A stretch of 64,000 bases of DNA from the human T2T-CHM13v2.0 reference genome, Homo sapiens (GCF_009914755.1 NC_060926.1), one strand, 5' to 3'. Numbered from the stretch's first letter, positions 28,869-44,230 are shown. Notes: generated by a model from the letters alone, not told the origin. Made by a program: numbers and translations.

Positions 28869-29264
28869 ATCCATGTGCATTATACTTATTATTTTCACCT
28901 GGTTGTTCTTTACCTCTGAATTTTCAGAAACTTTCTCAAATTCATCTTCCAGAAGACTGATCAATTTTCTGCAATGTCAATGTTCTTTTTAACTCTTCTA
29001 CATTCTGCTAGGGTAGAAAATTTTTCTTATTTTTTCTTAAATATTTTCTTTATCTCAACGGTATTGATTTTTATTTCAATTTTTAAAATTACCTCATCTT
29101 TCATTTCCTACTTCATAGAACTATCAATTTAAATTTGCTGTTGCTATCCAAATTATACCTGTTTCTTGGAATAACTTTTTTCCCTCAAAAATCTTCTCTT
29201 TAGCTATCTCTTGCATATTCTATGATCTTTTTCTTTAAGGTTGCAGAACTTTTAAAAAAATCTA

Positions 29265-30213
29265 ATTACTCATCTGCAATATCTTTTTTCTCATACCACT
29301 TCTGACACCAAATGTGTGGTTTTTTTCAGACACCAAATACTTGTCATTTTCTACACCAGTTCTCCAATTCTCTGACACCAACTTGATGTTCAACAATTTA
29401 ATTCAATTCAATTCTGACAGTAACCATTAGAGTTAGCGCAAACCTCACAGGTAAAGGACTCAGTCCCGCAAGATTGCCCTAACTTCAGATGATAGCCGGA
29501 TGTCCCAGGAGCTACCCATCCTTCTGACTGACTGCCTGTAGATTTCTCAGGTCTGGTAATCCACTAGAACAACTAACAGAACTCAGGAAAGCACTTTATT
29601 ATTATTAGTGCATCATTCTAAAGGCTACAAGTCAGGAAGAAACTAATGGAAGAGATGCATGGGTCATTGGGGGAGCGGAGAAACAGAGTTTCCACACCCT
29701 TGCTGGGTGCACCACCCTCTCAGCACCTCTATGTGTTCATCAACCTAAAAGATCTCCAAACCCCATTATTATTGGGGTTTTTATGGAGGTTTCATTTTGT
29801 AGGCATGATTGAAACTATCATTGGCCACTAGTGATTAAACTCAATCTCCAGCCCCACTCCCCTCTTCAAAGGTAGGAGACTGAAGTTGAAAGCTCCAATC
29901 CTCTCATCATGGCTTGGTCTTTCTGGTGACCAACCCCCATTCTGAAATTATAGAGGTCCCCAGCCATGAGTCATCTCATTAGCATACAAAAGACACTCAG
30001 CACTCAGGGGATTCCAAGGGTTTCAGAAGCTCTGTGCCAGGAACCACGGGCAAAGATCAAATATATACGACATATATAAACCATAGATAGCTATATTTCT
30101 TATTAATAAATACACATATAAAAGGTATGTAATATACAAATATATGTAAATATATAATATGGATAAATAGTATATAAATAATAAATACATGTATTTATTT
30201 ATTTTACACTACA
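29265..30213 (-). mobile_element. MER21-family LTR
   Basis: ACTTCTGACACCAAATGTGTGG...AATTCAATTCTGACA...TCATCTCATTAGCATACAAAAGACAC, with an internal AT-rich tract. Confidence 0.75.
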
Positions 30214-30304
30214 TTATCTTTAAAAAAGAAATATTTATTCTTATCCTCCTAGTTTCTAAAAATCTGTATGATTAGATTATCCTGGGGTCTCCCTTCTTGT
30301 TCAG

Positions 30305-30823
30305 CAACAGTCTCCAACCTTTTTGGCACCAGGGACCAGTTTCATGGAAGACAATTTTTCCACAGACTGGGTAGGGAGGATGGTTTCAGGACGATTCAAA
30401 CACATTACATTTATTGCGCATTTTATTTCCGTTATTATTACATTGTAATATATAGGGAAATAATTATACAACTCACCATAATGTAGAATCAGTGGGAGCC
30501 CTGAGCTTGTTTTCCTGCAACTAGGCAGTCCTATCTGGGGGTAATGGGAGACAGTGACAGATCATCAGGCATTAGATTCTCATAAAGAGCATGCAACCTA
30601 GGACCTTCACATGCGCAGTTCACAGTAGGTTTTGCGCTCCTATGAGAATGCTGATCTGACAGGAGGCAGAGCTCAGGCAGTGGTGCGAGTGATGGGAGCA
30701 GCTGTAAATACAGATAAAGCTTCGCTTAGTCAGCTGCCCACTGCTCCCCTCCTGCTCCACGTCCCGGTTCCTAACAGACCACAGACCAGTACTGGTCCAT
30801 GGCCTAGGGGTTAGGGATTCCTG
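30305..30823 (+). mobile_element. MER1A (hAT-Charlie non-autonomous element)
   Basis: CCAACCTTTTTGGCACCAGGGACCAGTTTCATGGAAGACAATTTTTCCAC...; 8-bp TSD TTGTTCAG / TTGTGCAG. Confidence 0.9.
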
Positions 30824-31039
30824 TTGTGCAGGACTACTCTCTTAAAATTTATATTTAAGGGCTAAAAGGGAGAATTTCTGTTTTCAATTAGCACATTCCC
30901 CAGCTGGCAGCTGGAGAAAAGTAGCTGTGAAAGCTGGCCACCAGAAAGAGCCTGCCAGCATCAGAGTTAACTGGTCCCCATGAGCTGCCATCACTAACAG
31001 GTTGCAATCTTCAGTTTGGAAACACCAACTTAGAAAGTA

Positions 31040-31460
31040 GAAGTCAGAGAATCTGGTAACTGCTTGAATATGAAAAATATAAAGAAAGAAAAAATTAAAA
31101 TTAGGATTTCTAGCTTGGCATCTGGATGATGAAGGATGTCTTTAACCAAAATAGGAACAGATAAATAACTGGGAGTACACACATTTTGATTTGTTGGTGT
31201 AGCAAAGTCTTATTTTGTGCACACTGCATTTGGAGTTACAGTGAGAGTTGAAAATGTTGGGTTTAGAGACCAGGAGAGAGGGAGAGGCTGGAGAAAGAGA
31301 ACTTTTCATGCTTAATGCATTAGAAATGGAAGCTGTGGGATCAGTTGAGGTCAACCCACGAGAACACTTAAGGTGAGATGAGAGGAGCACCAAAGACAGG
31401 ATCAAGATAACGCAAAGCTGTTAAGAAGACTGGAAAAGATGTGCAGAAAGTTAAAAGGAA
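31040..31460 (-). mobile_element. L2 fragment
   Basis: Purine-rich antisense L2-like text (GGATTTCTAGCTTGG...GGAGAGGCTGG...). Confidence 0.5.
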
Positions 31461-31489
31461 AAGTAGAAATAGGCATGAATACTATTAAT

Positions 31490-31720
31490 AACACTGGCTG
31501 ATATTTAAAGAAATGGAGCAATTATGTGCCAGGCACTATGTGACACGTTTTAAATTTATTATCTCATTTAAACCTCTCAACTTAAGAAGCAGGTATTATT
31601 ATGTCCATTTTGAAAATGAAGAAATAGAGGTTCAGAAAAGCTATGAGTCATTTCCACAGTTACACAACAACCTAGCAAAGAAGCCAGGATTCAAATGCTT
31701 TTAGCCTTAACTTGGAACTG
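31490..31720 (-). mobile_element. MIR
   Basis: TATGTGCCAGGCACTATG...CCATTTTGAAAATGAAGAAATAGAGGTTCAGA...CCAGGATTCAAA. Confidence 0.7.
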
Positions 31721-32318
31721 TGACATCGCTGTGCTTGAAACGGAAAGACTTTATATGGTTTCTGTACAGCAGAGGCCCATCCCAGTGTGTGAACTGCTCA
31801 GAGTGCAGCATAAGCCCTATTGGAATGGACTAGTGTGGAGAAGGATGAAAAGCAGAGCCTGAGGCAAGTATCCCAGAGCAAGCAGTTTATTTGAGAGGTG
31901 TGAGAAACATGGGAAATGAGACAGAGAAGGGAAGGCAGCCAATACATTGTGCAATAACAGGCAAGCTATCACTGTGAACAAATAAAACTTAACCCAGCAT
32001 GAAAACTCTGGAAAATGAAATGCTTCAGAGTTACTCCAATAGGGTGAGGGAGCTGGGGTATTTATACAGCCCTTCCAGTCAGTTATTGTTTGAGGGCTGT
32101 TTCCATGGATTTTAATTCACTGGACTCCTAAGTAGAGAAGCTGACCATAACATGGGGAAAGCACCCTGGTGGAATGCTGATGTTGGTAATTATAATAGAA
32201 GTCATCAGTGACACACCATGGCCATAATGCATGCCAGAGGGATGAGAGTGGGCACCTGGAAATGTCTGCTAGTGAAAGTACAGATCTGCTGACTGTTGTA
32301 ACCAAGATAAGAAAAGAG

Positions 32319-32657
32319 GGCCAGGTACAATGGCTCACACTTGTAATCCCTATCCTTTGAGAGGCCGAGGCAGGAGGATCACTTGAGGGCAGAAGTTTGA
32401 GACCAGCCTGGGCAATGTAGCAAGACTCTATCTCTACAAAAATAAATAAAAGCAGAGAATTAGCAGGGGTGGTGGTGTGTGCTTGTAGTACTGGCTACCC
32501 AGGAGGCTGAGGTGGGAGGATCACTTGAGTCCAGGAGTTCAAGAATACAGTGAACTGTGATCCAACCTAAATGACAGAGCAAGACTCATTCTCTAAAAAG
32601 AAAATTAAAAAACAAACAAACAACAACAACAACAACAAAAACAGAAAGAAAGAAAGG
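32319..32657 (+). mobile_element. AluJ
   Basis: GGAGGATCACTTGAG in both arms, degenerate (CAA)n/(GAAA)n tail. Confidence 0.88.
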
Positions 32658-33833
32658 AAGAAAAGACACCTTGCAGTCTTTTGACACTAAATCTCACTTG
32701 ACAAAAGCAACCAAAGTCTCAAAATTAAGTATACCTGATAAAAGATTTTTAAATGATATGGGGCTTCTGCTTGGAAAGATGGAATAAACGCATTTTCTCT
32801 AATTTTTCTGCTAAGTACATCTAAAAGCCCTTGATGTAAAACCAACCTCAGAAGAGTCTGAAAAGTGCAGAAAGAATGCAGAATGGCAAGTGAACTTGGG
32901 ACCGGAGGAAAGACATGATGATGAGTCCTCTGGATTTTCTTTGTGCCTCATATACCCCAGAGTTGGAGCTGAAGAAACAGGGAAAATGGAAAAGTCAATA
33001 GATACAAACAAAATCCCCCAAAAATTCCTGCTCTTTCTAGCCAAAATGACCAGAAAAGGTGAACACTATCAAGACTAAATTTTAGACAATAACCACTCTA
33101 TTCCAGCCAAACACCACAAAAGAAACTACATCCCCAGGACTATCCACACCAGCAAATGTTGAATGGGGAGCCTAGACTTTCACCCTGAACAGGCTGTAAT
33201 GAATGCCCTAAATCTTCTGCCAGGGTGATATCAGAGAAGGCCATTAAGGAACTGGGCCTTTAAACTCTGCCAGCAAGTAACAGGGCACCTCTTCCTTCAG
33301 AGTCAGTGGTGACTACTTAGGGAGCCTGAACTTCTACACCTACCTGATAGTAATGAGGCACTTTTCACTTGTCTCACTGGGGTGATATTAGAGGAGGCCT
33401 GATGGAGAGTCAGGACTTGTATTACTACCCAGCGTCACTCCCCACAGAAGTATCAGTGGAGAGACCACATGGGGAGCCAGAAATTTCAACCATAACCAGA
33501 AGTGACAAGGACGTCACCCTTGGGGATCAATAGAGGTCACATGGAGAACCTGGATTTCTGCTTCCATCTGTAAGTAACAAGGCTGCATATTCCTTTCTCC
33601 CCACTTTTTCTTGCCAGAGTAATGCTCAACAACATCAAGTAAAACAGAAAATTTAAATAAGATCCAGAATCTCATAACCTGACATGAACTAAGAACCAGG
33701 ATCTCAAATGAATGAAAAAAAGACCATCAATAGGCACCAAAACCAAGAATGGTAAAGATGTTAGAGTTATCTGACAATGATTTTAAAGCAGCTATATAAC
33801 AGTGCTTTGAAGAGCAAATATGAGCATAATTGA

Positions 33834-34231
<398 letters not shown>

Positions 34232-35608
34232 AAATGGAAATTATAAAACTGAAAAATGCAACAGCTGAAATAAAAGCCCAGTGAATGAGCTCAACAGCAG
34301 AATAGAAGGGACAGAGGAAAGAACCAGTGAATTAGAAAATAGAACAATAAAAAATGTCTGATCTGGAAGATAGAGAGAAAATAGACTGAAAAAAATAACA
34401 GAAATTTAAGAACCTGTGGGAGTATAACAACGGTTCTAACATTTGTGTCATTAGAGTTCTAGAAGAGTATAGGGCTGAAAAGCTCATGAAGAAATAATGG
34501 CAGAAAATCCAAAATTTGCCAAGAGCTGTTTACCTACAGATTCAAGAAGCTGAGCGAAACCCAAACAGAAGAAACCCAAAGAAATCTACACTAGGGTAAA
34601 TCATAATTAAATTTCTGAAAACTAAAGACATAGAAAAAGTACTGAAATCAGTCAGAGAAAAATGACACCTTAACAGTAGGAGACAAAGAGAATGAAAGCA
34701 CATTTCTCAATAGAAACCACAGAGGCTGAAAGAAATGACGTGATATTTTTCGGGTACTAAAAGAAAAGAACTGTTAACCCAGAATTCTCTGTTCAGCAAA
34801 AATATCCTTCAGAAATGAAGAAGAAACCAAAATATCTTGGATGAAGGAAAACTAAGATAATTTGTCATCAGCCAAACTCACATAAAAGGAGAGCCAAAGG
34901 AAAATTCCTACACAGAAAAGGAAAGATAAAAGAAGGAAATTTGGAATATTGAGAAGGAACAAAATTATAGTAAGGCAAAACATGAGTAAACACAACAGGC
35001 TTTCCTTCTTCTTGTGAGTTTTCTAAATAATTTTTAAAAGTAGAAATAAAAATTATGATACTATCTGATTTTGTTCCATATCTGTCTGAGGGAAATATTT
35101 AAGTATATTATATAATAAATAGGGAGAGAAAATAAACAAAAGTGAGTTAAGATTTCTATAGTTTATATAAACTGATAAAATGATGACAAGAGTAATGTGA
35201 GATAAGTTATATATATAATGTAAGACCTAGAACAACCACTAACACAGGTATATGAAGAGATAGGGGCATACCTGGTTTTACTGTGCTTCATTTTATTGAG
35301 CTTTGCAGATATTGCATTTTCTACAAATTAAAGGTTTGTGACAATTAAAGGTTTGTCAAGCAAATCTATTGGTTCTATCTTTTCCAACAACATGTACTCA
35401 TTCATGTCTCTGTGTTACATTTTGGTAATTCTCATAATATTTCAAACTTTATTATATTATTATATCTGTGTGGAGTTCTGCTGTCAGTAATCTTTGATGT
35501 TATTCTTGTAATTGTTTTATATTACCACAAATGCATCCATATGAAATGGCAAACTTAATCCACAAATGTTGCGTGTTCTGACTGCTCCCCTGGTTGACCA
35601 TTACCCTG

Positions 35609-35639
<31 letters not shown>

Positions 35640-36833
35640 ATTTCACTGTTCCTTGAGAAACAATAACTTTAACATTAGGCCAATACATAACTCTACAATG
35701 ACCTTTATGGGTTCAAGTAAAAGAAAGGGTTACACATTCCTCACTTTAAATCAAAAGCTAAACATGATTATGTTTAGTGAGAAAGGCATGTCAAAAGCTG
35801 AGATAAGTCAAAAGCTAGGCCTCTTGCACCAAAGAGTTTCTTAGGTTGTGAATGCAAAGGAAAACTTCTTGAAGGAAATTAAATGTACTACTCTAGTGAA
35901 CACATGGATTATAAGAAAGTGAAACAGAAATATCTCTATTGCTGGTATAGGAAAAATTTTATTGGTCTTGACAGAAGATCAAATAAGTTACCACATTCCA
36001 TTAAGCCAAGCCTAATCGAGAGCAAGATCCTAACTTTTTTCAATTCTATGAAGGCTGAGAGAGGTGAGGAAGCTGCAAAAGAAAAATTTGAAGCTTGCAG
36101 AAGTTGCTTCATGAGGTTTAAGGCAAGAAGCTGTCTCTATAACATAAAAGTGCAAGGTGAAACAGCAAGTGGTGATGTAGAAGCTGCAGCAACTTATCCA
36201 GAAGATTTAGCTAAGATCATTGATGAAGGTGGCTACATATTTTTAATGCAGACAAAGCAGTCTTATTTTGGAAAAAGAGGCCATCTAAAACTGCCATAGC
36301 TAGAGAAGATAAGTCAGTGCCTAGCTTCAAAGCTTCAAAAAAATAGGCTTGACTCTCTTGTTAGAGGATAATGTAGCTGATGTTGCTCTAAGATGAGCCA
36401 AGGCTCATTTACCATTCCAAAAATCCTAAGGCCCTTAATAATTATGCTAAATCTACTCTGCCTGTACTCTATAAATGGAACTACAATGCTTGGATGATAG
36501 CACATTTATTTATAGCATGGTTCACTGAATATTTGAAGACCACTCTTGAGACCTACTGCTCAGGGTAACAGATTCCTTGCAAAATATCACTGTGCACTGA
36601 CAATGCACCTGGTCACCTAAGAACTCTGATGGAGATGTACAAAAAGATTAATGTTGTTATTATGTCTGTTAATAGAATGTCATGCACTCTATAGACTGTA
36701 TGTCAAACAGCAATCTTGACTTTCAAGTGTTATTATTTAAGAAATACATTTCATAAGCTATGGCTGCCATAGATAGTGATTCCTCTGGTGGATCTGGGTG
36801 GATGTAGTGGAAATAGCAATAGAACTAGAATTA

Positions 36834-37155
<322 letters not shown>

Positions 37156-37514
37156 TTAGAAATGGAGCCTGAAGATGACTGAATTGCTGCAATCTCATGA
37201 CAAAACTTGGACAGATAAGAAGTTCTTCATATGCATGAGCAAAGAAACTGGTTTTTTTAAAAGATGAAATCTACTCCTGGTGAAGACGCCATGAACATTG
37301 TTGAAATTCCAACAAAGGATTTAGGCTATTGCATCAATTTATTTGATCAAGCAGCAGGAAGTTTTGGAGAATTGGCTCCAATTTTGAAAGAAGTTTTGTC
37401 ATGGATAAAATGCTATCAAACAGCATCACAAGCTACAGATAAATCTTTCTTGAACAATAACGAACAATGTGGCAAACTTCAAACTTCGTTGTTGCCTTAT
37501 TTTAAGAAACTACT

Positions 37515-37829
37515 GGCCAGGCGCGTGGATCACACCTGTAATCCCAGCATTTTGGGATGCCGAGGCGGGTGGATCACCTGAGGTCAGGAGCTTGAGACCA
37601 GCCTGACCAACATGGTGAAACCCCATCTCTACTAAAAATACAAAAAAATTAGCCAGATGCAGTGGTGGGCACTTGTAAACCCAGCTACTTAGGAGCCTGA
37701 GGCATGAGGCTGAGACAGGAGAATTGCTTGAACCTGAAAGGCGGAAGTTGCAGTGAACCAAGATCACACCAGCCTGGGTGACAGAATGAGACTTCACCTC
37801 AAAAAAAAAAAAAAAAAAGAAATGAAAAA
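37515..37829 (+). mobile_element. AluS inside Tigger1
   Basis: Dimeric Alu with poly(A) tail. Confidence 0.92.
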
Positions 37830-38325
37830 GGAATTACTACAGCCATTTCAAACTTCAGCATCCACCAACTGATCAGTCAGCAGCCATCAACATGAATGCA
37901 AAACCCTCCACCAACAAAAAGATTATGACCAATGAAGATTCAAATAATTATCAGCATTTTTAACAATTAAAGTATTTTTAAATGGTTATGTACCTTTTTT
38001 TAGACATACTGCTGTTGCACACTTAATAGACTAAGGTATGCTTAGACACAACTTTTCTGTGCTCTGGGAAACCAAACATTTCTTCTGACTCATTTCATTG
38101 CAATACTCACTTTTTTTTGTGGTTTGGAATTGAATCTCTAGTATCTCTGAGGTATGCTGTACACTCAAAAACACTATAAATAAATCAAAATGGAAATCTG
38201 AAAGTATTCAAGTAATTCACAGGAAAGCAGGAAAAGGTAAATAGAAAAATGAAAAATAGAACAAAAGAAAACGAAAAATGAAATTGCAGACTTAAGTCCT
38301 AACATATCAGAAATTACTGTATGTG

Positions 38326-38418
38326 GGCCAGGTGCAGCACTTTGGGAGACCGTGGCAGGCAGATCACTTAAGGTCAGGAGTTGGAGACCAGCCTGGCCAC
38401 AGGACAAAAACTCATCTC
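38326..38418 (+). mobile_element. Truncated Alu left-arm fragment
   Basis: GGCCAGGTGCAGCACTTTGGGAG...GAGACCAGCCTGGCCA...CATCTC, joined directly to L1M ORF2. Confidence 0.75.
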
Positions 38419-39165
38419 CAACTATGTGCTATCTACAATAAACTTATTTCAAACATAACAAAATAGGCAGACTGGAAGTTAAAACATGTGAAAAGAGTCA
38501 TGCAAACACTATTGAAGGAAAGCAGAAATGAATATATGAATATCAGATACTGTGAACTTCAGAGCAAGGAAAATTACAAGGACCAGAAAATAATACTAAA
38601 TAATGATAAAAGGTCAGTCCAAAAAGAAGACATAGCAATCCTAAATGTGTATGCCCCAAACAAAAGAGCTGCAAAATATGTAAAGCAAAACCTGGTAAAA
38701 CTATAGGGAAAAACATACAAATCCATTGTAACAGATGGAGACTTTTTGACACTTCATTCTCAGTAATTGATGTAAAAGTATACAGAAAATCACAAGAACA
38801 TAGAACTCAAACAAGAACAAAAACAAAAACACATACACACATCAACCACCAGGGTGTAATTATCATTTATAGAACACTACAGTGAATAAGAGCAGGCAGG
38901 CAGTATATTCTTTTCAAGTGCCTGTGGAATGGAAAATATAACAAGATACAACATTTCTTTGGTGACAAAACAAACCTCAATAAATGTAAAAGGATTGAAA
39001 TCATGCAGAGTGTATTCTTTGACAATAATGATCTCAAACTAAAATCAGTAACAGAAAGATAGCAGGAAAAATCTCCAGACATGTGGAAAGTAAACACTAT
39101 ATTTCTAAATAATCCATGGGTCAAAGTGAAAGTCTCAAGGAAAATTTTTAAAATACAAGAAACTG

Positions 39166-41759
39166 CTTCCGTTCCAAGATGGCTGAATAAGAACAGCTCC
39201 AATCTGCAGCTTCCAGTGTGACCAATGCAGAAGATGGGTGATTTCTGTATTTCCAACTGAGGTACCTGGTTCATCTCATTAGGACTGGTTGGACAGTGGG
39301 TGCAGCCCATGGAGGGTGAGCTGAAGCAGGGTCAGGCATTGCCTTACCCAGGAAGTGCAAGGGGTGGGGAGATTTCCCTTTCCTAGCCAAGGGAAGCTGT
39401 GACAGACTGTACCTGGAAAATTGGGACACTCCCACCCAAATACTGTGCTTTTCCAATAATAGTCTTAGCAAACGGCACACCAGGAGATTATATCCCGTGC
39501 ATGGCTTGGCAGGTCCCACATCCAGAGCCTTGCTCACTGCTAGCGCAGCAGTCTGAGATCGAACTGCAAGGCGGCAGCCTGGCTGGGGGAGGGGTGTCCA
39601 CCATTGCTGAGACTTGAGTAGGTAAACAAAGTGGCCAGGGAAGCTCGAACTGGGTGGAGACCACTGCAGCTCAGCAAGGCCTGTTGCCTCTGTACATTCC
39701 ACCTCTGGGGGTAGGGCATAGCTGAACAAACGGCAGCAGAAACTTCTGCAGACTTAAACGTCCCTGTCTGACAGCTCTGAAGAGAGCAGCGGTTCTCCCA
39801 GCACAGTGTTTGAACTCTGAGAACGAACAGACTGCCTCCTCAAGTGGGTCCCTGACTCCGTGTAGCCTAACTGGGAGACACCTCCCAGTAGGGGCCGACT
39901 GACACCTCATACAGGCAGATGCCCCTCTGGGACTAACTTCCAGAGGAAGGATCAGGCAGCAATATTTGCTGTTCTGCAGCCTCCACTGGTGATACCCAAG
40001 CAAACAGGGTCTGGACTGGACCTTCAGCAAACTCCAACAGATCTGCAGCTGAGGGACCTGACTGTTAGGAGGAAAACTAACAAACAGAAAGGAATAGCAT
40101 CAACATCAAAGAAAGGACATCCACACCAATACCCCATCTGTAGGTCACCAACATCAAAGACCAAAGGTAGATAAAACCACAAAGATGGGGAGAAACCAGA
40201 GAAGAAAAGCTGAAAATTCTAAAAACCAGGGTGCTTCTTCTCCTCCAAAGGATCCCAGCTCCTCGTCAGCAGAGGAACAAAGCTGGATGGAGAATGACTT
40301 TGATGAGCTGACAGAAGTAGGCTTCAGAAGGTTGGTAATAACAAACTTCTCCCAGCTAAAGGAGGATGTTCAAACCCATCTCAAGGAAGATAAAAACCTT
40401 GAAAAAAGATTAGATGAATGGCTAACTAGAATGAACAGTGTAGAGAAGACCTAAATGACCTGATGGAGCTGAAAACCATGGCACGAGAACTACGTGATGC
40501 ATGTGCAAGCTTCAATAGCCGATTCGATCAAGTCGAAGAAAGGGTATCAGTGATTGAAGATCAAATTAAGGAAATAAAGTGAGAAGAGTTTAGAGGAAAA
40601 AGAAAAAAAAGAAATGAACAAAACCTCCAAGAAATATGGGACTATGTGAAAAGACCAAATCTAGTTTGATTGGTGAACCTGAAAGTGACAGGGAAAATAG
40701 AACCAAGTTGGAAAACACTCTTCAGGGTATTATCCAAGAGAACTTCCCCAACCTAGCAAGACAGCCCAACATTCAAATTCAGGAAATACAGAGAACACCA
40801 CAAAGATACTCCTCAAGAAGAGCAACCCCAAGACACATAATCATCAGATTCACCAAGGATGAAATGAAGGAGAAAATGTTAAGAGCAGCCAGAGAGAAAG
40901 GTCGGGTTACCCACAAAGGGAAGCCCATCAGACTAACAGTGGATCTCAAGGCGGAAACCCTATGCCAGAAGAGAGTGGAGGCTAATATTCAACATTCTTA
41001 AAGAAAAGAATTTTCAACCCAGAATTTCATATCCAGCCAAACTAAGCTTCATAAGTGAAGGTGAAATAAAATCCTTTACAGACAAGCAAATGCTGAGAGA
41101 TTTTTGTCACCACCAGGCCTACCTTACAAGAGCTCCTAAACATGGAAAGGAACAACCAGTACCAGCCACTGCAAAAACATGCCAAATTGTAAAGACCATC
41201 GAGGCTAGGAAGAAACTGCATCAACTAATGGGCAAAATAACCAGCTAACATCATAATGATAGGATCAAATTCACACATAACAATATTAACCTTAAATGTA
41301 AATGGGCTAAATGCCCAAATAAAAGACACAGACTGGCAAATTAGATAAACAGTCAAGACCCATCAGTGTGCTGTATTCAGGAGACCCATCTGACATGCAG
41401 AGACACACATAGGCTCAAAATAAAGGGATGAAGGAAGATCTACCAAGCAAATGGAAAGCAAAAAAACGGAGGGGTTGCAATCCTAGTCTCTGATAAAACA
41501 GACTTTAAACCAACAAAGATCAAAAGAGTCAAAGAAGGCCATTACATAATGGTAAAGGGATCAATTCAACAAGAAGGGCTAACTATCCTAAATATATATG
41601 CACCCAATACTGGAGCAACCAGATTCATAAAGCAAGCCCTTAGAGACCTACAAAGAGACTTAGACTCCCACACAATAATAATGGGAGACTTTAACACCCT
41701 CCTGTCAATATTAGACAGATCAACAAGACAGAAGGTTAACAAGGCTATCCAGGACTTGA
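39166..41759 (+). mobile_element. L1PA7/8-type element: 5'UTR, ORF1 and ORF2 endonuclease start only (3'-truncated)
   Basis: CCAAGATGGCTGAATAAGAACAGCTCC start; ORF1 from 40185; EN fragment [11 protein letters not shown]...GDFNT; TSD AAAATACAAGAAACTG at 39150-39165 and 41760-41775. Confidence 0.93.
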
Positions 41760-41839
41760 AAAATACAAGAAACTGAAATAAAAAATATATAGCAAGATTT
41801 ATAGAATAAAGGTAAAGTACTTTTCAAAAGGAAATTTAT

Positions 41840-42000
41840 AGAAGAAATAAAACTGTCTCTATATGCAGAAACATGGTTGCCTATGTAGACTACCCCAAGG
41901 AATCCACCCTCAAAAAACTTCTAGAACTAATAAGTGAACTAAGCTTGGTCACAGAATACAAGATAAATACACAAAAATCAATTGTATTTTCATCCACTAG
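41840..42000 (+). repeat. 161-bp dispersed direct duplicate of 43482-43642
   Basis: 157/161 identical by manual alignment. Confidence 0.95.
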
Positions 42001-42530
42001 GAAAGATATAGTGTCTCAAATCAACAATTCAACTCCTCACTTCAAGAACCTTGGAAAAAGAGAGCAAAATAAATCCAAAGCAAGCAGTAGGAAGAAAAAA
42101 TAAAGATTAAAGCAGAAATCAATGAGACTGAAAACAGAAAAACAATAAAATGAATCAATGAAACAAAGAGCTGGTTAATTGAAAAGATCAATACAATCAA
42201 TCTTCTAACAAGACTGACAAAAACAAAGAGAGAAGGTACAAATTACTAGCATTAAGAATAAAATGTGATATCACTACAGAGACTGCCATGTAAAAAGGAT
42301 AATGTGGGAACAGTAAGAAAAACTGTACATACGTAAATTTGACAACTTAGATGAAATAGAACAGTTCTTCAAAAATTACATATTATCACAACTTGCCTAT
42401 ATAAAATACATAATTTTAAAAACTTTACAATTTTCAAGAAAATTAAATTTGTATGTTAAATTCTGTAAAAAGTAATCTCTAGGCCCAGATGGTTTCACTG
42501 GGGATTTTGTTTCAAATATTTAAGGAATTA

Positions 42531-42819
<289 letters not shown>

Positions 42820-43877
42820 GATGACTATTGATTTTGCACAATTTCTTCCAGAAAATAGAATTTGAGAAAATGCTTCCTAATTCACTTTATGAAACTAATA
42901 TTACTCTGATAACAAATCCAGATAAAGACAGTACCAAAAAAAGACAAAACAAAAAATTATAGACCACTATTCCTTATGAATGTAGATGCAGAAGTTCTTA
43001 ATAAAATATTAACAAATAATTAACAAACAAAATATTAACTAATCTTAACAAATATTAACAAAACAATATTTGTTAATATTGTAAAAGGCAATTAAGTGGG
43101 TTTATTCCAGGGATGCAAGACTGGTTTAGTATTTGAATATTAATCAGTGTAGTCTACCATATATTAACAGGGTAAAGAAGAAAAAACACATGATCACACC
43201 AATTAATGTAGAAAAAAATATTCAACAAAATTGAATATCCACCTGTGATAAAATCTCTCAGAAAAAAATAGAAATAGATGAGGATTTCCTAAGCCAAGTA
43301 AAAAGCATCTACAAAATATATATGGTTAACATTATACGTAAAGGTGAAAGACTGAATTATTTTGGCAAAGACTGGAAACACAGCAAGGATGTGTCTAACC
43401 ATTGCTATTGAACATAATGTTGAAAGATCTCAACAGTACAGTATGGCATGAAAAGGAAATAATAGGCATATTGATCAGAAAAGAAGAAATAAAACTGTCT
43501 CTATATGTAGAAACATGGTTGCCTATGTAGACTACCCCAAGGAATCCACCCTCAGAAAACTTCTAGAACTAATAAGTGAACTAAGCTTGGTCACAGAATA
43601 CAAGATAAATACACAAAAATCAATTATATTTTAATCCACTAGTAATAAATACTAAAAATAGAAGTTAAAAATGTAAGACCATTAGTGATTACTTAAAATG
43701 AAGTACTTAGGTATAAACCTAACGAAACATGTATAGATCTTGCATGCTGAAAACTGCAAATGCTGATGATGGAAAACAAAGATCTGCATAAAATGGAGAG
43801 ATATACTTAGTTCACGGATTGGAAGACTGAACCAGGTGAAGGTATCAATTCTTTCCAAATTGATACACAGCCATAAT

Positions 43878-44230
43878 AGTTGGATAGGGCTGCCAAAACA
43901 AAACACCACAGGCTGGATAGCTTAAACCATAGAAATTTAATTTCTCAGAGTTTTGAAGGCTAAAAATTCAAGATCAAGGAGCCAGCAGGATTGAATTCCT
44001 CTGACACCTCTCACCTTGGTTTGCAGATGGCCACCCTCTTCCTGCCTTTTCCCGTGGTCATTCATTTATTTGTGTTCATCCTTGACGTCTCTTCCTCTTA
44101 TGAATGGATCAGTCCGATTAGGGTCCCACCCTAACAGCATCATTTTAACTTAATTGCCCCTTTAAAGATCTTATCTCAAAGTATGATTACATTATCTTAA
44201 AGTATGATTACATTCTGAGGTACTAGGGGA
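43878..44230 (-). mobile_element. MLT1A-type LTR within the L1M
   Basis: GGGCTGCCAAAACAAAACACCACAGGCTGGATAGCTTAAA...CATTCTGAGGTACTAGGGG. Confidence 0.75.

Noticed and set aside
31835-32260. Possible ancient ERVL-class LTR fragment
   Set aside because: LTR-like wording, but family and boundaries could not be assigned
44170-44214. 21-bp tandem duplication (similar small ones near 19427, 35327 and 61892)
   Set aside because: Ordinary replication slippage
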